A DNA stretch of 64,000 nucleotides from an uncultured delta proteobacterium (GCA_963727445.1 CAVSGI010000009.1:288001-352000); one strand, 5' to 3'; counted from the stretch's first letter, positions 28,569 to 38,830 are shown. Notes: generated from the letters alone by a model not told the origin. A program made the numbers and translations.

Positions 28569-29551
28569 ACGACCACGTCGTCGCCCTCGACGCGCACCTC
28601 GAAGGTCGGGTTCGATCGTCCGCTGCCCACCTCCGTCAGCACGTCGCCGGTGCGCACGTCGATCTTCCAGCCGTGACCCGGGCAGATCACGACGTGCTCC
28701 TCGATGCGTCCGGTGCAGAGGCTCTGTCCGCTGTGGGGGCAGGCGTCCTCCATGGCGAAGTACTGCCCGGACACGTTGGTGACGAGGATGTCGTAGGGTG
28801 GGTGGGTCAGGCGCGTCAACTCGCCCGGGGCGAGGGCGCTTCGCGGGACGCGACCGAGCTCCTTCAAATTCACCGGTCCATCGGCCTTGGCGCGCTGGAT
28901 CTCGGCCAACAGATCGCTCAGCGCGCTCGTCACCCGCTCGATCCGCTGGTGGACGTCGAGCGCCTCGAGGATCGCCTGACGGTCGCGCGCATCCGCGACC
29001 AGGCGATCGGCGATGGCGTCGGCTACCTGACCCGGGTTCGCGCTTTCATCGAGCCCGAGAGAGAAATCGGGATGCGTTTTCTGGACGACCGCGCTGATCG
29101 CCGATGCGCAGCTCAACAGGCCCGAGACGTCCGGTCCGCGGGCCGCCCCTTCGTCGGGGAGCATCGTGGCCCGGGCGCGGCGATAGGACCGGCCCTCCAT
29201 CGGGAGCTCCTCCAGGCGCGCCCGTCCGAGGCCCACCAGAACCACGTTGTGACGCCCGTCGTCGAGCGCCTCGTGCCAGACGATCCGCCCCACACCGCTC
29301 ACCGGCGCGATCGGCGGCTGACCCTGGTACTGCGCTTCGTGCCCCGGCAGGAGCAGCGTCACCGCCATCGCCTTGGGACCCTTCGTCGTGCAGTCGATGA
29401 TCATCTCGCGATAGCGCGGCTCGAAGAGATGCAGCGGCAGCGCGCTCCCGGGAAAGAAGACCATCTTCGGTAAAGGGAAGACGGGCAGCGCGCTCAGCTC
29501 CTCTGTCGAGAGCGGAGGCAGCTCCTCCGCGGAGGGGACGTCGAGGAACAT
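28538..29551 (-). CDS. Lon substrate-binding domain protein read in-frame into a Rieske [2Fe-2S] ferredoxin (possibly two genes)
   Basis: LPVFPL...LHLFEPRY (LON N-domain); CPHSG...CPGHGW (Rieske); junction GPVN-LKE near 28865. Confidence 0.85.
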   Translation of the reverse strand: MFLDVPSAEELPPLSTEELSALPVFPLPKMVFFPGSALPLHLFEPRYREMIIDCTTKGPKAMAVTLLLPGHEAQYQGQPPIAPVSGVGRIVWHEALDDGRHNVVLVGLGRARLEELPMEGRSYRRARATMLPDEGAARGPDVSGLLSCASAISAVVQKTHPDFSLGLDESANPGQVADAIADRLVADARDRQAILEALDVHQRIERVTSALSDLLAEIQRAKADGPVNLKELGRVPRSALAPGELTRLTHPPYDILVTNVSGQYFAMEDACPHSGQSLCTGRIEEHVVICPGHGWKIDVRTGDVLTEVGSGRSNPTFEVRVEGDDVVVYSASSSARS

Positions 29552-29555
29552 CGCT

Positions 29556-30074
29556 TCAGCCCCAGAGGAGCTTGACCGCGCGAGGCAGGTCCGCCCGTTC
29601 CAGCATCTCGCAACCGCCACAAGAACGGGGGAAGGCCGGCGTGGCGCAGGACTGACACTCACGAATCACCGACACCGTGGAGGCGAGCTCTTCGCGCAGG
29701 CGCCGGAGCTTGGTGATCTTCTGCTGCATCTCGTCGATCTGCCGGCCGAGAATCGCGGACATCTGCTCGCTCGCTTCCTCGGCGCTCGTACAGGTCTCCT
29801 TGAGAGCGAAGAGCTCCTTGATGTCGCACAGGGAGAGGCAGGCCTCGCGCAGATCGAGGATCAGTTGCAGCTTGAGGAGCTCGTCCTCGTCGAACATCCG
29901 GTGCCCACCGTCGGTGCGCGTGGTGGGGCGCAGCAGGCCGGCTTCCTCGTAGAAGCGCACCGTCCGTAGGGTGCTCCCCGTCAGACGGGCCATGTCCCCG
30001 GTCGTCAAGAGGGAGGGCTCCGCCTCGGACTCCTCCGAGCGATGCTCTTGCTCCGCTTCCGCGCCTCGGGTCAC
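29556..30074 (-). CDS. MerR family transcriptional regulator
   Basis: TTGDMARLTG...TVRFYEEAGLL...TDGGHRMF; Cys-rich C-terminus. Confidence 0.92.
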   Translation of the reverse strand: MTRGAEAEQEHRSEESEAEPSLLTTGDMARLTGSTLRTVRFYEEAGLLRPTTRTDGGHRMFDEDELLKLQLILDLREACLSLCDIKELFALKETCTSAEEASEQMSAILGRQIDEMQQKITKLRRLREELASTVSVIRECQSCATPAFPRSCGGCEMLERADLPRAVKLLWG

Positions 30075-30218
30075 GTGAAAAATCCCTTTAGATCCCGTTC
30101 AATTGCTAAGGGAGTGCGGTGCCTCCGTCAAGGGGACGCAACCAAACGGAGGACGAAACGATAAGTGCGTATCACCTCGCCGCGGCTTCGGCCCGGCCCT
30201 TTCGCCAGGAGATCCGCC

Positions 30219-30650
30219 ATGACCACCTTCCGATTCACCCAGCCCGTTCCCGTCGTCAGCAGCGCCACCACCCGCGTGGAGGTCAGCGGTGCGCGGGCCA
30301 CGGCCCCCGGCACGGGGCGTCGTTTCGAGGACGCTCTGACCGTGGGCGCCGGGGTCCTTCTGGACGGCGTCGAGACGGTCTCGGCCGCGGTGCCCGGTGG
30401 CGCCGTCGCCTCGGCCGCCGTGCGTGGCGCCCGTTCAGCGGTCGGGACCGCGACCGCGGGGACCACCACCCCGACCGGCGGTCCCGCCGCCATGGGCACC
30501 AACATTCAGGCGTCCATGATGCAGGACAACATGGCCTTCCTCCAGCTGCAGCAGCAGATGCAGTCCGAAAATCAGCGCTTCACCACCCTGTCCAACGTGC
30601 TCAAGGCCCGTCACGAGACGGCGAAGAACAGCATCAACAACATCCGCTGA
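30219..30650 (+). CDS. Small protein with T3SS needle/rod (SctF-like) C-terminal helix
   Basis: AGGAG RBS; C-terminus FLQLQQQMQSENQRFTTLSNVLKARHETAKNSINNIR. Confidence 0.7.
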   Translation: MTTFRFTQPVPVVSSATTRVEVSGARATAPGTGRRFEDALTVGAGVLLDGVETVSAAVPGGAVASAAVRGARSAVGTATAGTTTPTGGPAAMGTNIQASMMQDNMAFLQLQQQMQSENQRFTTLSNVLKARHETAKNSINNIR

Positions 30651-30733
30651 CCCCCGGGTTGAGCGTCGCGGGCGCGCGCGTGCGGGCGCCTTGCGGCGGC
30701 GTTCCCGATTTGGATACCCTCCGGAGGCCTTCG

Positions 30734-31099
30734 ATGAGCTCACCCATCAAACCACCGGGCAAACCGCCCGGCGTCCCCCCTGCCTCGGAGTCCGCCGGCG
30801 GACCTTCGAAGGCGAGCTTCGATGCGGCGCTCGAGCGCACCGCGGAGGCGAAGAACACCGATCAGGCTGGGCAGGTCGTCTCGAGCGAGGCGATCGCGGC
30901 CCTGGCCAAAGACCTCGCGGCCGGCAAGATCGACCCGGCCAAGGCCATCAATCAGCTCGTCGCCCGAGCGCTCGATGGACCGACAGCGTCTGCGCTTCCT
31001 CCCGCTCGCCGCGCGGAGCTCGAGGCGCACCTTCGCCGAGCCCTCTCGGACGACCCCACCCTCGCGGCGCTCACCCAGGACCTCGAACGTGGTGGCTGA
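30734..31099 (+). CDS. Hypothetical helical protein with disordered Pro/Gly N-terminus
   Basis: GGAGG RBS before ATG 30734; stop overlaps the start of the next gene. Confidence 0.75.
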   Translation: MSSPIKPPGKPPGVPPASESAGGPSKASFDAALERTAEAKNTDQAGQVVSSEAIAALAKDLAAGKIDPAKAINQLVARALDGPTASALPPARRAELEAHLRRALSDDPTLAALTQDLERGG

Positions 31100-32390
31100 A
31101 AGACGCGCACTGCTCATCCTTTCGCTTTCCTTGCTCGCGGCCCTGGCTCCCGAGGCGGCCTCCGCCCAGGAGCCGGTGCGCGTCTACATCATCGCCATCC
31201 CGGCCGACGCCGAGCTCGAGCCCGTCGCTGCGCGGGTAGGTGCCGCGGCCCGCGCCTCCCTCCGCCAGCTCCCGGGCGTCGACTGGGCCGGCGCCGACCG
31301 CAGCTTTCTCGGCTACACCGACTACGTCTACGAGCGCCTGGCGAGCGCACGAGAGAAGCTCGAGTTGGGGCGTCAGCAATATCTCAACCTCGAGCTCGCC
31401 GAGGCCATCGAGACGCTGACTGGCGCCGTCGAGGACTTCGACGCGTCCGCGGCCGCTCTCGAGGACCCCTCGGATCTCGGTGAAGCGCTCCTCTTCCTCG
31501 GTGCCTCTCAGGTCTTCGAAGGACACAACCGGGCCGCACGGCACACCTTCGCGCGCCTGCACATCCAGATGCCCTACCTGGAGCCCGACCCGAACCTCTT
31601 CAATCCGGACATCATCGAGGAGTACGAGCGCGCCGCGCCTCGTGACGCTCAGAACCCGCAGGGCAGCATCACCATCGAGAGCGAGCCCGCTGGCGCCATC
31701 GCTTACGTCGACTACGTGGCGCGCGGACGCACGCCTTTGACGATCGACTCCCTGGCGGCGGGCTCCCACGTGGTTCGCGTCACCCGTCCGGGGGCGACGC
31801 CCTTCGTCCAGGAAGTGACCCTGCGCCGCCGCGGCTCCGAGACCGTCAACGCCTTCCTCGAAGACGCGACGCCCGGGCTGGCCGAGTCCGTTCAGGGCCT
31901 CCGCAACCACGGCCTCGAGACCATCGAAGAGGGGGACGCGCTGTCGCAGATCGCCGCTTCGCTGGAGCTCGACAAGCTCGGCATCATCCAGGTCTCCCGC
32001 GGCGACAACGACACGCAGGTGCAGCTGCGATTCATGATGTTCGACGTTCCCACCGGCGATCACTCTCCGGCGTTGGTCGGCCCGGTGCCCATCGCGTTCG
32101 GCTCCCTCGAATCGGGCGTCCGTCAACTCATCTCCCAGGGCCTCGAGGTGTCACTGGCCGAGGTGGTGGAGGCTGCGGACGACGAGCAGATCCCCGCGCG
32201 CAGCGGCGGCTTCACGCACCGCGAGGAGGAGTCGGAGGGGCCCGCCTTCTACGAGACGTGGTGGTTTTGGACCATCGTCGGGGTGTTGGTCGTCGGCGGA
32301 GTCACCGCGGGCATCGTCGCCGCCGCCTCTGGAGGCGGCGGACAAGACCTGGGTCAGGACCCGGGTGGACAGGTCATCCTATCCTTCTGA
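31089..32390 (+). CDS. PEGA domain protein (signal peptide, C-terminal TM)
   Basis: ITIESEPAGAIAYVD...GRTPL...GSHVVRVTRPG; FYETWWFW-TM tail. Confidence 0.85.
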   Translation: MVAERRALLILSLSLLAALAPEAASAQEPVRVYIIAIPADAELEPVAARVGAAARASLRQLPGVDWAGADRSFLGYTDYVYERLASAREKLELGRQQYLNLELAEAIETLTGAVEDFDASAAALEDPSDLGEALLFLGASQVFEGHNRAARHTFARLHIQMPYLEPDPNLFNPDIIEEYERAAPRDAQNPQGSITIESEPAGAIAYVDYVARGRTPLTIDSLAAGSHVVRVTRPGATPFVQEVTLRRRGSETVNAFLEDATPGLAESVQGLRNHGLETIEEGDALSQIAASLELDKLGIIQVSRGDNDTQVQLRFMMFDVPTGDHSPALVGPVPIAFGSLESGVRQLISQGLEVSLAEVVEAADDEQIPARSGGFTHREEESEGPAFYETWWFWTIVGVLVVGGVTAGIVAAASGGGGQDLGQDPGGQVILSF

Positions 32391-32398
32391 GCTCATCC

Positions 32399-33649
32399 GT
32401 GCGCCTACCGACCATCCTCACCACGCTGACGTTTCTCTTCACCGCCGCCACTGCGACGGCGCAGCCGCAGGAGAAGGTGAAGGTCGCGGTGGTGCTCATC
32501 CCGGAGCAGGGGGCGGGCCTCGCAGAGCAGACCATCGTTTCGATGGGCATCCGCCGTGGTCTGCGCGGGGATCGGCGACTCGACGACGAGCATCCCGCCG
32601 ACATCCTGATCCGGGACCGGCCCGAGGAGCTCTTCGAGGCCGAGGCCGCACCGGACGAGATCGCGGAGATGCTGAAGAACGGCCAGGCGCGTGGTGCAGA
32701 GGAGCGGGCGCGGGCGGTGCTCCAGGTCTTCGAGGACAACCTCCCCTACGTGAAGCGCTCGGTGCTCGCCGACGCCTACACCCTGCTCGGCGCCGCGCAG
32801 TGCATGCAGCGGGAGCGCGGCGCCTGCGAGGAGTCCTTCCGGCGCGTGGTGGTCTTCCGCGAGCACTTCTTCTACGACCCGGAGCGCTACCCCCAGCAGT
32901 TCGCCGACGTCTTCAACAACATCCAGATGGATCTCACCGACCGCGGCGTCCGTGGGTCGATCGAGATCATCACCTACCCCGAAGGGGCCGAGGTCTTCGT
33001 CGACGGCCACAGCTACGGGCCCTCGCCGACCGTCGCCGAGGGGCTGCTCGTCGGCGATCACTACGTCACCGTCAAAGCCATTGGCTACGAGAAGCGCATC
33101 GTCCGCGCCACGGTCGAGGAGAGCTTCCAGGGCACGGTCGATCTCGCCCTCGACACGAGCGACGAGTCGCTCCTGATCACCCAGGCGATGGAGGTGATCC
33201 CGGACGAGCTCGGGGAGGAGCGCGCGGGCGACGCCATCAGCAGCATCGGGACCAACCTCTTCGTGCAGCAGACGGTGGTCGGCACGATCCGACCCGACGG
33301 CGAGGGCGCCGTCATGGCGCACCTCTATCTCTACGACCTACGCACCAAGTTCCTCCTCGCCGAACAAGAGGCGCGGATCAGCCTCGACGAGGAAGAGGGT
33401 TCGCTCCAGGCGCAGGATCTGGTGCGCAACCTCTACGACGGCGTGGACCTGTCGGGACGCATCGAAGCGCCCGACGAGGGGCCCGATTTCGGCGAGTCGA
33501 CACCGATCTGGAAGCGGTGGTGGTTCTGGACCGGCGCCGCCGCCGTGGTCATCGCCGCCGTGGTGATCGGCGTGGTCATCGCCAACAGCGGAGGTGAGTC
33601 CCTCCCCGCGGGCTTCTACCAGTCGAACGCCTCGATCCAGGCGCCGTGA
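32399..33649 (+). CDS. PEGA domain protein
   Basis: IEIITYPEGAEVFVDG...GDHYVTVKAIGY; PIWKRWWFW-TM tail. Confidence 0.85.
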   Translation: MRLPTILTTLTFLFTAATATAQPQEKVKVAVVLIPEQGAGLAEQTIVSMGIRRGLRGDRRLDDEHPADILIRDRPEELFEAEAAPDEIAEMLKNGQARGAEERARAVLQVFEDNLPYVKRSVLADAYTLLGAAQCMQRERGACEESFRRVVVFREHFFYDPERYPQQFADVFNNIQMDLTDRGVRGSIEIITYPEGAEVFVDGHSYGPSPTVAEGLLVGDHYVTVKAIGYEKRIVRATVEESFQGTVDLALDTSDESLLITQAMEVIPDELGEERAGDAISSIGTNLFVQQTVVGTIRPDGEGAVMAHLYLYDLRTKFLLAEQEARISLDEEEGSLQAQDLVRNLYDGVDLSGRIEAPDEGPDFGESTPIWKRWWFWTGAAAVVIAAVVIGVVIANSGGESLPAGFYQSNASIQAP

Positions 33650-34737
33650 GGATCCTGATCCTCGGGCTCCCGCTCCTCGTCGCCTGCGGGGAGGGCGGTG
33701 GAGCGCCCCCGGTCCCCGCCGCCGAGCCTCCGCCCCTTCCCCGCGACACCGCGTCGGCGGAAAGAGCGCCGGTGGTCCTCCCCCAGGGGCCCACGCGCCC
33801 TCCCGAGCTCGGCCCACGCGGCCCGCGCATTCACCCCGCCGCACGAGACGACCTGGACTATCGCGGCGACGAGATGGTGGAGGTGATGCGCCTCGTCTAC
33901 CGCGTGACCTTTCGCGTGCCGCGGATGCTCGGAGACGTTCCGCCGACCATGGCGACCCCGACCACCGAGCTTCACCTGGACGTCTCCGCCGACCGGCTGC
34001 GGGCTCGCTTCTCGGGGCCGGGGTGGCCGGTCGTGCCGGGTTCCGAGGTGCGTCTGCGGCGCGACCTGGGCGGCGTCTACGTCTTCGATGGGGACGGTGG
34101 TCGATCCGCGGGGCCGGGCATGCTCGCGCAGTGGTTTCAGGGGGGACCGGTCACGAATCGCCAGACGCCCTGGGTCGGCATCCAGCGCGCGCCGAGCGCC
34201 GAGGAGAACGCGCCGGGAGACCTGATCTGCGCGCTCATCGCGGAGTGGTCGGGGCATCGGCGAAGCGACCTCGAGCGACGCTGCGGCGAGGGAGGCGCAC
34301 CGCTGTCGTTCCGCATCGGCGCCTGGAAGGCGGAGCGCACCGCCGAGGTTCCAGGCGAGCTTCCGCGTCACGAGCTGCGCGCCGACCATCACGACGCTCC
34401 CCCGCAGCTCCCCTTCGCGTCGAGCCGGGCCTTCATGGAGGACTCGGTGCTCGCGCAGATCCCGTTCGCGCATCACCGGCGCTCGCGCGACGATCGTCCG
34501 CCGGCGGACGCCACGCTCAACGTCGAGAACCAGGGGCCGACGCGGGTGGTGGTGACGGTAGGCGGCATTCCCGTGGGCTGGGTCGACCGCGGCGCCACGG
34601 GTCGCTTCGAAGGCTTCGTGCCGGGTGAATACACCGTGGCCGCCATGCGGCCCCTCGGCCACCTCGCCCTGCACCCGCGCTCGCGCCCGATCCCCGGCGA
34701 GGTGCGCGTCAGGCCTCCGCGACGGGCTGAGGAGTGA
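33646..34737 (+). CDS. Hypothetical lipoprotein
   Basis: LVAC lipobox; GTGA overlap with the upstream gene. Confidence 0.7.
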   Translation: MRILILGLPLLVACGEGGGAPPVPAAEPPPLPRDTASAERAPVVLPQGPTRPPELGPRGPRIHPAARDDLDYRGDEMVEVMRLVYRVTFRVPRMLGDVPPTMATPTTELHLDVSADRLRARFSGPGWPVVPGSEVRLRRDLGGVYVFDGDGGRSAGPGMLAQWFQGGPVTNRQTPWVGIQRAPSAEENAPGDLICALIAEWSGHRRSDLERRCGEGGAPLSFRIGAWKAERTAEVPGELPRHELRADHHDAPPQLPFASSRAFMEDSVLAQIPFAHHRRSRDDRPPADATLNVENQGPTRVVVTVGGIPVGWVDRGATGRFEGFVPGEYTVAAMRPLGHLALHPRSRPIPGEVRVRPPRRAEE

Positions 34738-35244
34738 TCAGCGTCCGAGCTGGACGAGCTTTTCGTGCACGAGCTCGAGGACCTCGAAGCGCACCGAGAA
34801 GGTGTAGTAGTCGTCCTCGCGGACGTCGCCCATGGTCTCGAGGGCAGACTCGATGGCTTCTCGGTGGGCATCGGGGATCGACATCTGGGCGCCGCCTTCA
34901 CTTCCGTCGGTCGCGCACTCGAGGGCGGCTCCGATCGGGTTGAAGGAGAGGGGCCCGGGGTGGAGCGTGAGCCGCCAGTCGGCGTAGTCGTCCCCGCCCG
35001 CGTGCCAGGCGCCCTGGCCGAGGTGCCGCCGGACGACCTCGCCGAAATAGGCCCCGGCCGCCGGGATCACCAGACCGAGGACCTCGTCTTCGGCCTCGAT
35101 GGCCTCGCGGAGGTAGTGGTCCAGCAGCGGCAGGGTGTCCTGGGTGTAGTCGAGGGGCGTGTCCTGAGCGGCGGCCACGAAGCGCACGCAGCTCTCCGCG
35201 AGGTCGACGACCACCTGGGGGACGGCATTTTCCGATTCGTTCAT
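34738..35244 (-). CDS. Conserved-looking hypothetical protein
   Basis: LDYTQDTLPLLDHYL, AGAYFGEVVRR, FNPIG motifs. Confidence 0.75.
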   Translation of the reverse strand: MNESENAVPQVVVDLAESCVRFVAAAQDTPLDYTQDTLPLLDHYLREAIEAEDEVLGLVIPAAGAYFGEVVRRHLGQGAWHAGGDDYADWRLTLHPGPLSFNPIGAALECATDGSEGGAQMSIPDAHREAIESALETMGDVREDDYYTFSVRFEVLELVHEKLVQLGR

Positions 35245-35295
35245 GGGCCGGGGGTATTACGATAGCCGCCCGTTCTGTGCTACTCGATTGGGCCC

Positions 35296-37971
35296 ATGGC
35301 GTCGCCTGAGCAGACCTATCGAGGGCCGGTCGGCAAGACCCGCCGCGAGAGCGTGCACGTCACCATCCCCGGTGGGCACGTGCGCTCGGTGGAGGTCTAC
35401 GTCGCCGTGGACGTTCAGGCCGACCCGAAGCTCAAGGACGCCGCCCTCGCGGGCGCGCTCCATCGTTTCGAAGGGGGCGAGGAGCTCGCCATCCCCTTCG
35501 TCTACCACGACCCGGCCGCGCGGAAGCTCGCGCTGGTCATCCCGGAGACCCTTCGCCATCGCGAGCTCCTCGAGCGGGCGCGCTTCTTCGAGCGCCTCGC
35601 GGAGGACACCGAGCACGAGATCCCGACCTACGTTCGGGCCGCCACCGTCGTGATCGGGCCCAAGGAGCTCGCGGAGTATCTGGAAGCCGAAGGGGAAGCG
35701 AGCGCGGACGCTGCGCGACACCAGCGGGACTTCGACGCGCGCGATCGCGAGCTCGCGGCGCGCGAAGCAGCGATCGCCACGCGGGAAGCGGCGCTCCAGA
35801 AGAAGGACGAGAAGCTCTTCGAGCGCGAAGCGCGACTGAAGACGCGCGCCGAGGAGGTGACGCGTCAAGAGGACGAGGTGCGGAGCGCCACCGAGATCGT
35901 CGAGGCGCGACAGCGCGAGATCGATCTCTCGGAAGAGGAGCTCGTGCGTCGTCTCGCCGAGGTGCGCGCACGCGAGGAGCGGGTCCGCGCAGGCGGGGGC
36001 GCGAAGCAGCCGGCGGCCAGTCCGGTGGCGACCGAGGCTGCACCGGCCGAGGCGGTGGAGGCGGAAGAGATCGAAGAGATCGAGCCGCTCTCCACCTCCG
36101 AGATCGAGCCCATGGCCGTGGAGCCCACCAAGGTGCGCAGCGCCGAGGACGTGGAGCTCGCGGCCTCGGTGGAGGAGCTCGGTGAAGAGGTCGAGGAGAT
36201 CATCGACGAGGACGACGTCGAGGAGCTCGACGAGTCGGACATGATCCAGGAGGTCACGGGGGTCACCTCGAACCCCGCCTCGCCGTCCGACGTACCGTCG
36301 GCGGTGGACCAGTCCGGCAGCCATCCCCGCGCGGCCGTCCCGCCCCCCGAGGGCTTCCTCGGCGACCGCACCCTCGAGATGGCGGCGAAGTTCGACGACG
36401 CCGTCTGGCTCTTCGCCCGCCTCGAAGAGGGGCACGAGTCGGCGTATCGCCAGGGCGGCGACCTCCTGGTGCAGCTGGTGGTGGTGCAGGGCTATCCGGT
36501 CGTGCTCCTGGCGCTGGTCGAGATGGAAGCCGAGGGGCGTCCTTTCGTGCGGCGCGTGGCCCTCGACCCCCACGACTCCACGGATCGCGCCATCCTCGAG
36601 GCGCTTCGCTCCGATTTCGAAGCCACCGTCGCGCTCTTCGGGCCCAGCGGTCGCTTCGAGAGAACGGTGGAGGTCGCCGCGCCGCGGCGGGTCAACGTCG
36701 CCATGATCCTCGAGCGCGTCGCCCGCTCGCCCCGGTCGGAAGCGCGCACCGACGCAGCCACGGCGAAGGAACGGGCGCTCGCCGCGCCGCCGCCGGTGGC
36801 GGAGAGCGAGCATCCTTTCGTCGCGGAACCCGAGACCGCGCGCTCCGCGGCCGACGCCGCCAACGCGCTCGCGCGACTCGTCGCCTGGTCGACGCCGCAG
36901 CGACTCGACCGCGTGCTCCTCGCGCTCTCGGTGCCGCGCGACGTCGTCGATGCCGCGATGCGAAAGATCCTCACCGACGCGGTCGACCGCGGCCTCGCGC
37001 TCACGCCCGAGCTCACGACCCGCGCGCTCGCGGTGGGCGTCGCGCCGGATCTGCCGACCCTGATCAAGCGACAGATCGAGCGCTTCCGCGAGACCACCGC
37101 CGACGATGAAGCCGGCGGCCTGTCACCCTCGGACGTGGCGGACAACTGGGAGGCGCTCCTCGAAGCGGCCGGCGAGAGCGACATCCCGGTCGACGGCGTG
37201 ACCCACGAGCGCGCCTGGAACGCGATCCGCCGTGTGCGCGGCGAGGGAAGCAGCGGCACCGGCCAGCACGACCTGGCGCAGGTCGATCCCGAAAAGCTCC
37301 CCGAGATGGGCAAGCTCGAGTTGGTGATGCTCCTCGATCATCCGAAGCTCCGGCACAACGCCGCTCTGGAGCTGGCCAAGCGCTCGGACCCCGAGATGCT
37401 GGAGACGCTCTACAAGGCTGTCCGCAAGATGCCGCGGGGCGAGGTGGTGAAGGTGGTGCCCAAGATCGTGGGCTATGGCGAGGTCGCCGGCGATGCCCTC
37501 ATCGATGGGCTCTCGGCGCGGAAGACCTTCGTCCGGCAGGCCTCGGCGCTCGGGCTCGGTGAGCTCAAGCTTCGCCGGGCGGTGGTCCCGCTGGCCCACG
37601 CCCTCTTGGCGGAGGACAGCGACGTCTGGCCGGAGCTGGCCCGGGTGCTGGGGAGCTTCGGCAGCTCTGCGTTCCGTCAGGTCACCCGCTCCCTCAAGGA
37701 CCCGAAGGGGCAGGATGAGCGGCTGAAAGTGACGTTGGCTCATCTTTCCAACCATGGATGCGAGTCCAAGGTCGAGGCGCTCACCCGCGATTCCGACAAG
37801 GGGACGGCCGTGATCGCCCTCGAGGCGATGACGTTACGTCATGATTTGAAGCGCCTGGAGGATTCTCTTCGCAGCGGCAAGGAATATGAGGGCGAAGATG
37901 CCGTCCTCAAATTCTCGAACCGTTTCTATCGGGAGCTTCAGGGGGACGATCCGCCCGGAGTTCCGTCCTAA
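35296..37971 (+). CDS. Large protein: CpXC-like N-domain, coiled coil, acidic linker, C-terminal HEAT repeats
   Basis: FVYHDP motif, ERE/ARE heptad region, Glu-rich linker, FVRQASALGLGEL HEAT-like repeats. Confidence 0.8.
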   Translation: MASPEQTYRGPVGKTRRESVHVTIPGGHVRSVEVYVAVDVQADPKLKDAALAGALHRFEGGEELAIPFVYHDPAARKLALVIPETLRHRELLERARFFERLAEDTEHEIPTYVRAATVVIGPKELAEYLEAEGEASADAARHQRDFDARDRELAAREAAIATREAALQKKDEKLFEREARLKTRAEEVTRQEDEVRSATEIVEARQREIDLSEEELVRRLAEVRAREERVRAGGGAKQPAASPVATEAAPAEAVEAEEIEEIEPLSTSEIEPMAVEPTKVRSAEDVELAASVEELGEEVEEIIDEDDVEELDESDMIQEVTGVTSNPASPSDVPSAVDQSGSHPRAAVPPPEGFLGDRTLEMAAKFDDAVWLFARLEEGHESAYRQGGDLLVQLVVVQGYPVVLLALVEMEAEGRPFVRRVALDPHDSTDRAILEALRSDFEATVALFGPSGRFERTVEVAAPRRVNVAMILERVARSPRSEARTDAATAKERALAAPPPVAESEHPFVAEPETARSAADAANALARLVAWSTPQRLDRVLLALSVPRDVVDAAMRKILTDAVDRGLALTPELTTRALAVGVAPDLPTLIKRQIERFRETTADDEAGGLSPSDVADNWEALLEAAGESDIPVDGVTHERAWNAIRRVRGEGSSGTGQHDLAQVDPEKLPEMGKLELVMLLDHPKLRHNAALELAKRSDPEMLETLYKAVRKMPRGEVVKVVPKIVGYGEVAGDALIDGLSARKTFVRQASALGLGELKLRRAVVPLAHALLAEDSDVWPELARVLGSFGSSAFRQVTRSLKDPKGQDERLKVTLAHLSNHGCESKVEALTRDSDKGTAVIALEAMTLRHDLKRLEDSLRSGKEYEGEDAVLKFSNRFYRELQGDDPPGVPS

Positions 37972-38092
37972 TCCGCGGTATCGGACGCTTTACGGCGCTT
38001 CCAAAAGTATCGTATCGTAAGCCGTTTGGACGTCCCAGAAGGGATTTACATCCCACCCCCTGGGTTCTACAAAGCAGGGACGGCCCGACCCA

Positions 38093-38830
38093 ATGCGACT
38101 CGGAGTTTTCAGCGACGTTCACGCCAACATCGAGGCGCTCTCGGCCGTCATGGAGGCGTACAAGTCCGAGAGCATCGATCGGTTCTACTGCATCGGTGAC
38201 GTCGTCGGGTACGGCGCGAGTCCGAACGAGTGCTGCGACATCATCCGCGAACGCGCGGAGGTGACCATCCTCGGCAACCACGACGCCGCCGTCGCCGGTC
38301 GCATGGACTACTCGTACTATTACGAGGCCGCGCGCCAGGCTCTGGACCGGCACGCGTCGCTGCTGACGAAGCAGAACATGGAGTGGCTCAAGAGCCTTCC
38401 GTACAAGACGGTGATCGACGACTCCGGGGTGCAGCTCTGCCACGGCTCGCCGCTGCGCCTCGAGGAGTTCGAGTACATCTTCGCGCCGGAGCAGGCGCGG
38501 GAGTGCCTCGCGATCTGGGATCAGCTCGCCGACCTCACGCTCATCGGCCACTCGCATCTGTGCAAGGTCTTCGCCCTCAAGCCCGGCGAGGTCGAGGAGC
38601 TCCCGCCGAAGGACTTCCAGATGCGCAAGGGCTACAAGTACATCGCCAGCGTCGGCTCCGTCGGTCAGCCGCGCGACTACGACAACCGCGCCAGCTACAC
38701 GACCTTCGACACCGACACGCGCGAGTTCTCCTTCAAGCGCGTCGAGTACGACATCGAAGCGGCGGCCACGAAGATCTTCGAGGAGAACCTCGAGCGAAAC
38801 TTCGGGCACCGGCTCTTCATCGGGGTCTAG
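38093..38830 (+). CDS. Calcineurin-like metallophosphoesterase
   Basis: SDVHAN, GDVVGYG, GNHD, CHGSP, GHSH, GSVGQPRD. Confidence 0.95.
   Translation: MRLGVFSDVHANIEALSAVMEAYKSESIDRFYCIGDVVGYGASPNECCDIIRERAEVTILGNHDAAVAGRMDYSYYYEAARQALDRHASLLTKQNMEWLKSLPYKTVIDDSGVQLCHGSPLRLEEFEYIFAPEQARECLAIWDQLADLTLIGHSHLCKVFALKPGEVEELPPKDFQMRKGYKYIASVGSVGQPRDYDNRASYTTFDTDTREFSFKRVEYDIEAAATKIFEENLERNFGHRLFIGV

Noticed and set aside
30138..30164. Sigma28-like promoter (CGATAA) upstream of the needle-like gene
   Set aside because: Only part of the -10 box matches and the -35 box is poor
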